Made by a program: the position numbers and the translations under genes. Below the pieces are notes generated by a model. The model was not told where the DNA came from. It did no database searches and worked only from the letters and a program-made list of their open reading frames with translations. A stretch of 63,275 bases of DNA, filler included, from Octopus bimaculoides (taxonomy: Eukaryota): NCBI RefSeq assembly GCF_001194135.2. It is 8 parts of 7 records of this genome, joined end to end, with 100 filler letters (N's around TTAATTAATTAA, not from the genome) between each part and the next. Parts side by side here need not be neighbours in the genome. Positions count along the whole stretch, not along the records: positions 26,843 to 35,877 come from NC_069010.1; positions 35,978 to 52,370 come from NC_068981.1; 6 more parts are not named here. One strand, written 5' to 3'. Positions 28,527 through 41,280 of this stretch are shown here, piece by piece (the first letter of the stretch is position 1; each line of letters opens with the position of its first letter).

Positions 28527-28788
28527 CTGCAAAGACAAAGAAAAAAAGGAAAGCATATAGAATTAGTTACACGGTTATAACCATCATTGGTTTGTTATGA
28601 CATTTTATATCTGAATATGTCTAATATAAATGACAATGTGATCAAAGATGGAAAATTAGGTAATGGGTGTATATACATATTTCAGGATTTTTTGCTTCTT
28701 CATCAGTACTCATCCAACCCATTAATCATCCATGAACTCATTGCTTAAATAGCCACTAAATAAAATGGAGTAACAAAAGAATACTCAC

Positions 28789-28914
28789 GATTTCAGCAAT
28801 TTTTAGAATACCTCGTAGACTTTTGGCATAACTTATATCCGGTCCTATAGCAACAGTGGTGGTGGTGGTGGAGGTTGTTGTTGTGGAGGTGGTGGTATGT
28901 CCGTAAGTCTCCAT
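28789..28914 (-). CDS. MARVEL-domain (plasmolipin/CMTM-like) gene, first coding exon: METYGHTTTSTTTTSTTTTTVAIGPDISYAKSLRGILKIAEI
   Basis: ATG at 28914; 126 nt open; ends phase 0 at a GTGAGT donor (28788). The Y-x2-S-x2-GILKIAEI motif matches the start of MARVEL helix 1. Confidence 0.85.
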
Positions 28915-29246
28915 GCTCTCTGAATGTAGTTCCTAGTAGAGCAACTGGTGTGAGGTGATGAAGAAGAGTAAATGCTGTGCTACCAATTGAGGCTGCAAGA
29001 CAAATAACTTTATGTTAATAATGAGGGTGAGTTTTGGTGGGATACATTGATAATGTGCGGATTTGGTGGGACACAGAAAACAATCTCCCATCATAGGGCT
29101 TCGGACACTTTTGTATTCACTCTGATGAAGAATATATTTTCGCAATTCTTTCATAGACATTGACTGACATCAGAAGCAGAAACGGCTGTAAGAATTATGT
29201 CACATAAATATGTGTGTGTATGTGTATATATGTGTGTGTGTGTGTG

Positions 29247-29301
<55 letters not shown>

Positions 29302-29600
29302 NNNNNNNNNNNNNNNNNNNNNNNNNNNNNNNNNNNNNNNNNNNNNNNNNNNNNNNNNNNNNNNNNNNNNNNNNNNNNNNNNNNNNNNNNNNNNNNNNNN
29401 NNNNNNNNNNNNNNNNNNNNNNNNNNNNNNNNNNNNNNNNNNNNNNNNNNNNNNNNNNNNNNNNNNNNNNNNNNNNNNNNNNNNNNNNNNNNNNNNNNNN
29501 NNNNNNNNNNNNNNNNNNNNNNNNNNNNNNNNNNNNNNNNNNNNNNNNNNNNNNNNNNNNNNNTGTGTGTGTGTGTGTATGCATTTATGTGTGTGTGTGT

Positions 29601-29634
<34 letters not shown>

Positions 29635-29886
29635 TCTTAAGGTATACACATATATGCAGACACACAAACACACACATATTTATAAACATTCATACATCTA
29701 TGCATATATTACTATTTGAATAATCTAGAGATAATAAAAATTCAACCTATGTGAAGACAGTCTCCTTGAGTTTCATGTCAGTTTAATAAGAGCCAAGTCA
29801 CATTCTTGATTACAAATAATAAAATATGTATATACACGTACTGGATTCTATTCATTGGGTTTGTTCTACAAAAGCTATGTATATGT

Positions 29887-29934
<48 letters not shown>

Positions 29935-30393
29935 GTTTAACGTCCGCTTTCCATGCTGGCATGGGTTTGATGGTTTGACTGAGGAGTGGTGAAACCGGAT
30001 GGCTACACCAGGCTCCAATCTGATTTGGCAGAGTTTCTACAGCTGGATGCCCTTCCTAACGCCAACCACTCCGAGAGTGTAGTGGGTGCTTTTTACATGC
30101 CACTGGCATGAGGGCCAGTCAGGCAGTTCTGGCAAAGACCACGCTCATGCTCAAAAGGTGTTTTTTACACGTTACCTGCATGGGAGCCAGTCCGGCAGCA
30201 CTGGCAATGACCACGCTCGAATGTTGTTGTTCACGTGCCACTGGTACAGGAGCCAATCCATGGCTCTGGCAACGAAATAATGGAGGTTCTTGCTCCAAAT
30301 TTTGGAATCAAAATCTACAACAATACCCCGAAGTTAAGCTCCAGGTTCGGTGTTTATGCGAATGAGGGGTCCAACGTAGGTCATATATCAGCG

Positions 30394-30608
30394 TGTGTAT
30401 ATAAGGATTTACTTTTCGTAATGAGATAAAAAACAAACAAACCAAGGCTGTGTATAATATAGAAAACATTTATAAATGTTCTATTTTATACACACCCTTG
30501 GTTCTTTATCTCATTACGAAATCCTTATATACATACACACACATATATAGAGATGCCTATAATAGGACATCTAACCCGCTATATGTCCTATTATAGGCAT
30601 CTCTATAT
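30394..30608. repeat. Two adjacent hairpins (interrupted ~144-nt palindrome, then a 26-bp perfect stem)
   Basis: TTCGTAATGAGATAAA pairs with TTTATCTCATTACGAA; 30545-30570 pairs exactly with 30583-30608. Confidence 0.85.
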
Positions 30609-31356
30609 TTTAAATGAATAATATATATGTAGTCTATTGACTAATTTTTTATTCTCGCTGGACCACTGGTGGTAAATTAAATTTCTAAAATTTCTTTTAC
30701 TGCCCTATGATTAATAATACACACACANNNNNNNNNNNNNNNNNNNNNNNNNNNNNNNNNNNNNNNNNNNNNNNNNNNNNNNNNNNNNNNNNNNNNNNNN
30801 NNNNNNNNNNNNNNNNNNNNNNNNNNNNNNNNNNNNNNNNNNNNNNNNNNNNNNNNNNNNNNNNNNNNNNNNNNNNNNNNNNNNNNNNNNNNNNNNNNNN
30901 NNNNNNNNNNNNNNNNNNNNNNNNNNNNNNNNNNNNNNNNNNNNNNNNNNNNNNNNNNNNNNNNNNNNNNNNNNNNNNNNNNNNNNNNNNNNNNNNNNNN
31001 NNNNNNNNNNNNNNNNNNNNNNNNNNNNNNNNNNNNNNNNNNNNNNNNNNNNNNNNNNNNNNNNNNNNNNNNNNNNNNNNNNNNNNNNNNNNNNNNNNNN
31101 NNNNNNNNNNNNNNNNNNNNNNNNNNNNNNNNNNNNNNNNNNNNNNNNNNNNNNNNNNNNNNNNNNNNNNNNNNNNNNNNNNNNNNNNNNNNNNNNNNNN
31201 NNNNNNNNNNNNNNNNNNNNNNNNNNNNNNNNNNNNNNNNNNNNNNNNNNNNNNNNNNNNNNNNNNNNNNNNNNNNNNNNNNNNNNNNNNNNNNNNNNNN
31301 NNNNNNNNNNNNNNNNNNNNNNNNNNNNNNNNNNNNNNNNNNNNNNNNNNNNNNNN

Positions 31357-31404
<48 letters not shown>

Positions 31405-31577
31405 CGTGTGGGGGTGAGGATCAGGACCCTGTGCTGTGAATACAAGGGTTGTCAATATGAAAGCATGCGTTTCTGTGTTCTTGCCTATAAAAGGGGATAT
31501 GGGGGGGATGTGTGTGGGTGTGTATGTGTGAGAAATAGGTGAAAGTCTGTCTGACTGTCTATCATACTGTGTGGGTA

Positions 31578-31609
<32 letters not shown>

Positions 31610-31733
31610 CACACACACACACGTGTACATATAGAATTACACACGTACATATATACACACATACATATATACATACATACATGCAAATATATTTATATAT
31701 GCACAAACACATCTATAAAGAGTGTGTGTGTGT

Positions 31734-31790
<57 letters not shown>

Positions 31791-34700
31791 CACATATATG
31801 TATACACACATACAGTGCATGCCTGTGAACACAGGAAATTTGTTTTATTAAGAGTTCCCTCCCTCGCACCTGTCCCACCTCTGCCACCCCAAACACGGCT
31901 CATTCCTCTCTGCTTCAAAACTAGGTTAATAAAACACTAACACACACACCCATGAACTGTGTGTGTGTGTGTGTGTTATGTCTAGTTCTTCCTCTCTCTC
32001 TCTCTCTCTCTGACTCTTTCCCAATGTATGTATGTATAGACAGAAACATATATAGCAATACACTTGCAGAAATAGCAACCAAAACTCCCTCCGAATATTT
32101 TACTGGCTTTAAAAAAAGTTAAGGGTATCAACACATGAAGTGACGTCGTGTCATTTCTTTGCACACGACAACGTGCGGGATAGGTGACATGACGTCTTTG
32201 GATACTCTCTTTTACTTGTTTCAGTCCTTTGACTGCGGCCATGCTGGAGCACTGCCTTTAGTCGAGCAAATTGACCCCAGGACTTATTCTTTGTAAGCCT
32301 AGTACTTATTCTATCGATCTCTTTTTGCCGAACCGCTATGCTACGGGGACGTAAACACACCAGCATCGGTTGTCAAGCGATGGTGGGGGGGACAAACACA
32401 TACACATCTACATATATATATATATATGTATATATAAACACATGTATACGATGGGCTTNNNNNNNNNNNNNNNNNNNNNNNNNNNNNNNNNNNNNNNNNN
32501 NNNNNNNNNNNNNNNNNNNNNNNNNNNNNNNNNNNNNNNNNNNNNNNNNNNNNNNNNNNNNNNNNNNNNNNNNNNNNNNNNNNNNNNNNNNNNNNNNNNN
32601 NNNNNNNNNNNNNNNNNNNNNNNNNNNNNNNNNNNNNNNNNNNNNNNNNNNNNNNNNNNNNNNNNNNNNNNNNNNNNNNNNNNNNNNNNNNNNNNNNNNN
32701 NNNNNNNNNNNNNNNNNNNNNNNNNNNNNNNNNNNNNNNATATATATATATAATAATAATATTAGGGATAAAATCCAAAATTACAGGTAAAAACTCAATT
32801 AAAATCAATTTATTAAAAATTAAAATTAAATTAAGTTTCACAGTATGTGACAGTGGATTTTCATCGATGAGTTCATGAACCTTGGTTCTTTTCCCTAACA
32901 TTGCTTATATATATATTCACACCACTAATGCATACAGACAGAAAAAAGGTTACATATACCCACATATATAGATATATGTAATGTTGCCATCCATATACTC
33001 CTCTCACACACATACACACAGGCACACCCAGTCCAATGGCATATATTCATCACCCACATAACTTGTCCCACTTCAGATGCATCCGACACCCACACCTAGC
33101 ATATATTTCAACAGGGTGTAACTGGTTTTCTATGCGCTGAGGTTGATGTTCGTAAGTACAGAAGTGAAGAAAAACATACAGCGATAGAAACACACACATA
33201 CACGTGCGGGTGCATGCACACATATCTATCGGGACTTGTACTTGTTTGGCAAGCGTCTTGTTCGGAGACTGCATGTTGGAGCTGAAGCAAGTTACATCAT
33301 GGAAGACAAGGCACGGGCATGGGCTGTGGAGGTAAGAAGCTTGCTTCTCGACGACATGGTTCCGGGTTCAGTCCCACCGCATGGCACACCAGCTAAATGC
33401 CTTCTGGTATAGCTCTGGGCCATTCAAAGCCTTGTGAGTGGATCCGGAAGATGGAAACTGCAAGAAACTCATATGCATGGTTGTTTATGGAAGACCAGCA
33501 GTCGCCCATGCATACCATCGCCCCACCATCTCCATGCCACCGATGTCATCCAAAGGAAAGGCAAAGGCCATACAGTGAGATTGAGCCTGGAACCATGAGG
33601 TTTGGAAGTAAACCCCTTACCCACACAACCATGGCTGTTTAAAATTTGGTGGTCAGTCCACTCATCCATAAACAAGTACCACAGTGGTTCCATATAGTAA
33701 ATGGTAGAGGCTGTATGTAACTGACGCATATTTCATTAACCTGCAGTGATGGCCACGAGAAGCCTCACAAATTTTTCACGCAAGAATAAGTTGCTTTTAA
33801 GGATGTTTAATAGATTTAGATAAAAGTACAGTTTGACTATTGTTTTCATGTTGTCTGAGGCCATAAGTAAAATATGTATACCAAAAACTTACACATTCCA
33901 TATGTCATGACATGCAGGCATTTACATATATATATAAACATGCACAACACACGCAAACACACACACACATATATATATATNNNNNNNNNNNNNNNNNNNN
34001 NNNNNNNNNNNNNNNNNNNNNNNNNNNNNNNNNNNNNNNNNNNNNNNNNNNNNNNNNNNNNNNNNNNNNNNNNNNNNNNNCACAGACACACACACATACA
34101 GCAATGATACAGATCGGTAAACACACATACAGTAGAGACAACACACGTACACACAAACGCAGAGACAAACTCACAGAGAATCATACACACACACACACTC
34201 ACAGAGACTGACAAACACACACAGAATCATACACAAACAATTATATATATATATATATATGGAACATAAAACGATTATATATGTATATATATACTCTTTT
34301 ACTTGTTTCAGTCTTTTTTTTTGACTGGCCATGCTGGAGCACCGCCTTTAGTCGAGCAAATCGACCCCAGGACTTATTCTATCGGTCTATTTTGCCGAAC
34401 CGCTAAGTTACGGGGGACATAAACACACCAGCATCGGTTGTCAAGCGATGTTGGGGGGTGGGAGGGACATAAACACACATATATATATACATACATACGA
34501 CAAACTGACTTTTACCAACAATTTCAATGTTAAAATTTTCTCGGTTAAATGGTGGTCGAGATTTTAATTCCATCCCAGTTTAGAATTATTATTTTACTTT
34601 TATTAATGTAAATTGGCAACCCTTTATATTGATCTTCAGCCAAGAAAGGTTTAAATATGTCATTTTTTAACCACCTTTCTGTTGGTGTCTTTGTGGTCTT

Positions 34701-36218
34701 GTGGGTAAAGGCATCTGTAGACACCAATAACATTCTGGGCAGGGTTCAATATCACCCAGGGCCTACACTAAGGGGTCTTACGAAAATTTTTCACTTTTTT
34801 TTTTTATCTCTAGGGAAAAAAATGAAAATGTTAAATAAGACCACCCTATAATACCTGGCACAGATTTGAAACCTCCACCTCTGTGCCATGTTACTACTTC
34901 TAAACACCTCTATCTATGAGGCCACCGAAAGAGCAACAATATTAACATGAAAATTAAGATATTTAAAGTTATTTCAATTTTTTGTAATTAAGGGAAACCT
35001 ATGAAATTTGGTAACACACACACACATAATATAATGTCAAGGTGGACAGACACTTTGAATAAGAATTGACAAGATCCTTGACAACCCGTCGAACTCATGT
35101 CAACAAAGGAAATTAAATATAAAATTAAGAGAATGATAATCCTGCCATGCTGGAGTACCACCTTGAAGGGTTTTATCAAACAAATCAACCCAAGAATTTA
35201 TCCTGTCTCTTATCTACTTGTATGATGGGGACATTTGTTTACAGCTATTACACAATGTCAAGAGAAAGGGACATAAAGTACCCCCTCACCTATATATATA
35301 TATTACATACACATATGCAAACCACCCACCCATTCATTTCTACTCAGCTTGAGCCTTGTGGGGCCACCTGGACACTTTATCGCCATTATCTATCTTTTGC
35401 AGCACCTGCTGATCATTCTTCCTCTACTAGGTGCAATTAGCCATGCAGATCCCTCTACAAGACCCTGTTCTGACCTTTCTCCTCTCCTGCCACTTCTCAT
35501 GGTAATCCCTTTGTCCCCTAGCATGAAGCCCAACCACAAAAACCACCACCTCCACCAGTAGGGTTCATCATCCTGAAAACTGCTTTGTGACCTGCGAAGT
35601 GGTTGGCATTAAGAAGGGCATCCANNNNNNNNNNNNNNNNNNNNNNNNNNNNNNNNNNNNNNNNNNNNNNNNNNNNNNNGGGGGGGGGGGTAAGTTGATT
35701 ACATTGACCGCAGAAAGGATGAAAGACAAAGTGAACCTTTGAATTCAGAACATAAAGACAGAGAAAATGTTGCTAAACACTTTGCCTGGCATTTCTGTAA
35801 GCTCACCTTAATAATAATAATAATAATAATGCCAGGCCTGCATGACTGGCTCCCGTGTTGGTGGCACGTAAAAATAANNNNNNNNNNNNNNNNNNNNNNN
35901 NNNNNNNNNNNNNNNNNNNNNTTAATTAATTAANNNNNNNNNNNNNNNNNNNNNNNNNNNNNNNNNNNNNNNNNNNNATATATGTGCATATATGTATATA
36001 TATATGTATATATATATGTGTATATATGTATATATATATGTATATATATGTGTATATATGTATATATATATGTATATATATGCATATATGTGTATATATA
36101 TATATATATATGCATATATATGTATGTATATATGTATATGTATACATGTATATATATGTGTGTGTGTGTGTATATATGTATATATATATTTGTATATATA
36201 TATGTGTATATGTGCATA

Positions 36219-36253
<35 letters not shown>

Positions 36254-37554
36254 CTAGAGAGGCAAGCAGACGGACGGGCAGAGATGAAGGTGAGAGGATA
36301 TAGTATTTAATGTGTATAAACATTATGGCTGAGCAAAAAATATCCCAGGGGATTACTTTGCATGTTTAATGCAAATAGTATAAGTTCTCATACAAGTAAT
36401 ATTATGAATTAAAAGTTTTCACTTCACTGAGATTATTCAAGCACTTAGGAGAAAAACTTTCACCAGGTTTTTTTTTTGGTTTTTTGGGGGGGTTTTTTTT
36501 TCAGAATCTACAAGCAAATAGGAATAAATTTAATAATATCAATTTATAGATATTTTGGAAAATATTGAATATGCCGTAGGGAATTAATCTGGTTTTTAAA
36601 TTTAATGATGAGTGTAACAGACATATTTTTTCTCTTTTTTTTTTTTATTAAGATTATATTCTATATTATTATTATGTATAACGAATCATATTTTACTCAT
36701 TTGGCAAGATTTATTGTAGCCTTCCAGAGTGACCACTGTCCTACAAGAGAAATGTACGTTTCAATATTTTACATTTTAATTATATTTCTAAATTTCGTAG
36801 TATATTTGAAATCTGTTGCCGAAAACCTGTGTTTATCACATTTATAGATCGACACGTAAGTCAGAAGATCTAATTCAGTTTCTGAGTCAACTCCCTGTCG
36901 CTTAAGATCGATAAATAGTATGTAATATATTAAAATCGTCTCCGTAAATTATTTTCCCGTGTTCTCATAAAAATATCATGGAAATAAAGCAATATAACCA
37001 AATATTTTGTTTCACATAATTTGGCACGGTTTGTATAAAACATTTTACCAAGAAATGTAAATATTCAGAAATATTTAAACGTTTTATCTTTTATTTGGTA
37101 ATAATTTACACAGAGAAAATACTCTGGAAAAAAAATATTACAAAAATATTACAAAATAAACATAATGTAGTTATATAAATATTTATTCATAGAACATTAT
37201 CAATATTAAAATAAACAATTACAAATTCTAAAAATGTATGCAGTGGAACAGATTTTGATTAAGATCATTTTTAATCTTAAATGAGTTTGAAAATATTGAC
37301 TCAATCCATAAAAAGTATTTATATTTTCTCTAGTATCACATAATAAAAATGTTTTCCTTTCATTACTAATTAATTAAATGTTTAATCAATCTTACTTTCA
37401 CAATTATAGAATATAAAATAACAATGCGAATAGTAGTTGAGATGTTTGCCGTAGGTAACCCTTTAAAAACCACAAACTTTAATCTCATACAAGCTCCAAG
37501 GTATTCTTTGATCCTTGATGATCAGTTTGAAGCATGTCACCAACTTAATATCAT

Positions 37555-38520
37555 GAGAGAGGCGACTTTCTATAATGGATGAATGATTCCTCGTGTCAGA
37601 GGATTGTGCGCTTCAGACTTAGTCACCATTCCGCACCACACACCGCTGTCTCGTTCTGCAGTCGTATAGTCTACCCTAGTCCTCCCTGTCCAGTCGTTGA
37701 TGTCACCACTACTTCGTCTTTGCCGTCCGCGAACCTGTTTTCCATTCACCAAGCTTCTAAGGACGTGGGCCCAGTAGTTCTGGGCCCTGATTATGTGGCC
37801 AAATTATTGCAGTATTGCTGTCTGACGATCAACAACTCTCATTACATCCTTATCTCCTCTTGGACTGAATCGTTTGTTCTATAGGCGGCCCAAATGATTT
37901 GCAGCGCCCGCCTTCGAGCACCCTTGATCGCTTAGTATTAACCACCCTCTGCGTCCATATCCACACAGCACCCCACTCTTGTGCAAAACTGCAGGCCAGA
38001 GGAAGAATTTTATGCTTTTATCTACGATACGTTTTTTTTCATATTGTATTACTTGTGGAAAATAAACAGAGCCAATAATCTACAAAACTAAGGATAAAAC
38101 AAATAAATATAAAAATAATGTCTTGCTCTGATTCTTGGCTGCATTCCGCTGTTTCATCAAGTACTTGAGTTTGCTACCCTGGGTTTGCTTGACTCTTTTG
38201 TATCATATGCTAAACCTTTTTGGTGGCCTTATTGTTGCTGCGATCTTCGTCTTTTTGGTATTGATCCCTAGCTGAAACTAAATAGAGGCTAGACTAATTC
38301 TGTCAATCAGTCTCTGGAGCTCAGCTAACGAAGTAGCGATCAGCACACTGTCATTAGCCTAATGTAGATTATTTAGCAACTATCTAGATCGATCTAACCG
38401 AAATCATCTAACACCTGCGTCACATCTTCAGAGTAGATAGATGAAACAATACACCATGACCGAACTCCTTTCCTGATGTTAAGCCATTTCGTAAGCTCAC
38501 GTTTCACCACTCTAACAGCT
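37555..38520 (-). mobile_element. Degenerate RTE-clade LINE, internally rearranged
   Basis: NNLH*ANDSVLIATSLAELQRLIDRI...GINTKKTK (decayed YADD region, about 38240-38390) and FGHIIRA...VNGKQVRGRQRR...INDWTG (RTE C-terminus, about 37680-37820). Confidence 0.7.
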
Positions 38521-40569
38521 GTCTGCTGACTAATGTACAGTCACAGCAGTAAGTCGACCATTGAACCCTCGATCTTCCACAATACTATACAGAATAATAT
38601 AATCAAACCCTCTCAGTAACTTTATAACTTCCGAACTTCTGTAGATATTCAAATTATGTAATGAAAATAAGACTAAAATTAATGTCATTGATAACAAGCA
38701 AAAATCAAAGCGATTTCTGTGTACAAATACAGAATTCGATAATTTAATGTGCATTTTAGGATGATATAAAGAAATGCTATCAAGCAACAACTAAAGATTT
38801 CTACAGTGTCGCTAAATCTTTGCTGCAATCTTGAAGTATGAGATATAGTCTAGCCTTGCATGCGTGTTCTCATTTTCCCTTTCGTTTTCTTCGTACTGTC
38901 AAACTATAAAAACTAATAAAGAGTTGCTTTCCTGCGCCCATAGGTTAAGATTTAATTGTCTTGAAGTGGGAGACATATTCTAACCTGGTTATGGCTTTGT
39001 TAAAATATTCACCCCTGCGAACTGTTTTGACGTCGTAAGAAAAAAATTATGTATCATTCAAGTCAAATTTACTATATTGCTTCACATGCCCCGAGTAAAG
39101 TTACTCAATAATTTAGGGCTATTTTTATGTTTACTTGTTTTCTCCGTTTTATTTTTATTTTTATTTTTTTGCTGGTCATTGACTCTGTTCTATTTCCTAC
39201 ACGTAATATCACTTCCAGTTTTTATGTGTTTTTTTTTTCTCTCGTATTTAAAAACTTGTTTCATAAATATTTAAATTATGTAGAGCACTAAATATCGCGA
39301 TTTACAATATGATAGGCTCCTAAGCTTCCGTTTTTAAAAGATATTTTGGACCTGAACTCATAACTAACTTTTCTTGAACATCATCATCCTCATCATCACC
39401 ATTGCACATTTCAGCGTTCTCAGTAACTGATATATATATTTATAATTATCTCTTCAAAATGCTTAATTTATTACTGTCGACAACGTTTTCCACTTATCAC
39501 TGAAAGCATTGTACAGATAAATTTATTTATTGGTGGTACAGGAATTAAAGTAGTTATTTGTCGTCAACAATATGACTGCAAGAAAATAAGACAGTGGGTG
39601 GGGGCGTTCTGCATTCTAAATACAACAGAGTCGTCGAATATGTAATCTAGTGAGTTGAGGATAAAAGTTGGACGAAACTAAGAGTGATAGACATGTGTGT
39701 ATGTATGTGTGTGGCGAGAAAGTAGTAACGCTCATTATGAATATCAACAATATACTTTTCTACTTTAGGCACAGGACCCGAAATTTTGGAGGAGGGGGGC
39801 AGTCGATTAGATCGACTCCCAGTACAAAAGGCAAAGTCGACCTCGGCGGAATTTGAACTCAGAACATAAAGACAGACGAAATACCGCTAAGGGTTTCGCC
39901 CAGCTTACTAACGTTTCTGCTAGGAAAATAGCTAAGAAGAACGTGTTGCATACTAAATTAAAATACAGTAGAGTTTACATTTGTAAAATACGTTTTTTTT
40001 TTTTCTTCATAATTTCAATAAATTGATATGTTATTTATGCTGTCGCGACTGATTTTATGAAAGTGCTCTTTCTAGTTCGTTGTTTTTAGAATTTAGACAC
40101 CTCCTACAGGGATATTCAAAATAGTAAATTCGCAAACTAAATACAGAGATAAACTCACTTGATCGATATTTTCCACCGTTACATTTGAGAGATCCCAGTG
40201 ATCTTTCTTGAACATTTCAATTAACCTCACCAATTGAGTAGAAAATGCTTCACTGATGTGGTTCTAGTAATATGTCCATTACTTTCAGCAGGAGGCTTAA
40301 AGATTAGATCGGTTAACTACTGCGTGTTCTGTTTTATCCGAAATATCAATTCATTTATATTATTGGACTTACCTATTATACATGCTGTTTTTTTTTGTTT
40401 TTTTTTTTAGATTTTAAACACTCCTAGAGGGATTTTTTCCCATTATTCTCAGTTATTTATGTCTTTCCAATTAACTACTATATGTGTTATTTTAATTACT
40501 AAAATTTTTGAATAACGTCTTCCTGTATGAGATTATTGAAATTTTCATACAAAACAACTGTTTGCTACC

Positions 40570-41280
40570 GAAGAACATTACCTGTTCGAGATAAACTCTA
40601 GACACGGAAGCGCTGTCAGGCGGGAGTGTCCGAGATGCGCACAGAGCGACGAAGCCGTTCTGCACGCACTCATGCAGTGTTTAAGTATTGCTGACTTGTG
40701 GAGTTATGCCGAACAACTGTTATCACGTGTGGGCACGAATCTATCGGGAGGACTGCCCCACCACCCACATTTAACAAGGCAAGGCAGGCGGTGGCTGTGG
40801 GGAAAGAGGTTGTGTGGTAATCGAGGTTCAGAGGATTGAGGAAAGACACTTCGGTCAGGCTCTGATCGATTTTTTTTAAAGTTCCATATAGAAAAGAAAG
40901 TGAGGGTGTAGAGAGAGAAGTGCTACTTCCAAGTGAAATTGTGAAAAGATGGGTGACTGGCAAATATGCTTAGAGTGAATGGCCCTACTCTAAATATGTG
41001 CCTGTAGATTAGGGAGCAGGAGTGAAGGCTCGTAACTTTGGTGGTCAGGGTAATTCTGGATCTGTGGGGTCCCTTGATCGGCCCTAGTTGGTATTTCTCT
41101 TGTATCAGGAGGAATGCATCATTCATATTATCACCTACTTTGTATACTAAATGCACTTTTATTGCATTTCACTGTTTTTCCTATTTCTTTCTCGCCATCT
41201 TTTATATAAGTTCCCACATAACTTATTGTCTGTATTGATGTACCCCTCGTCTATGCCTTTGGGGCTAATAAAAAAAAAAA
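40570..41280 (+). mobile_element. L1/Tx1-like LINE 3' fragment with poly(A) tail
   Basis: LPVRDKL/HGSAVRRECPRCAQSDEAVLHALMQC (CxxC-H-C motif); ends in AATAAAAAAAAAAA at about 41267-41280. Confidence 0.7.

Noticed and set aside
30086-30285. Three ~65-70-bp repeats resembling a repeat-spacer array
   Set aside because: Degenerate tandem units inside a retroposon; no unique spacers and eukaryotic context, so not CRISPR.
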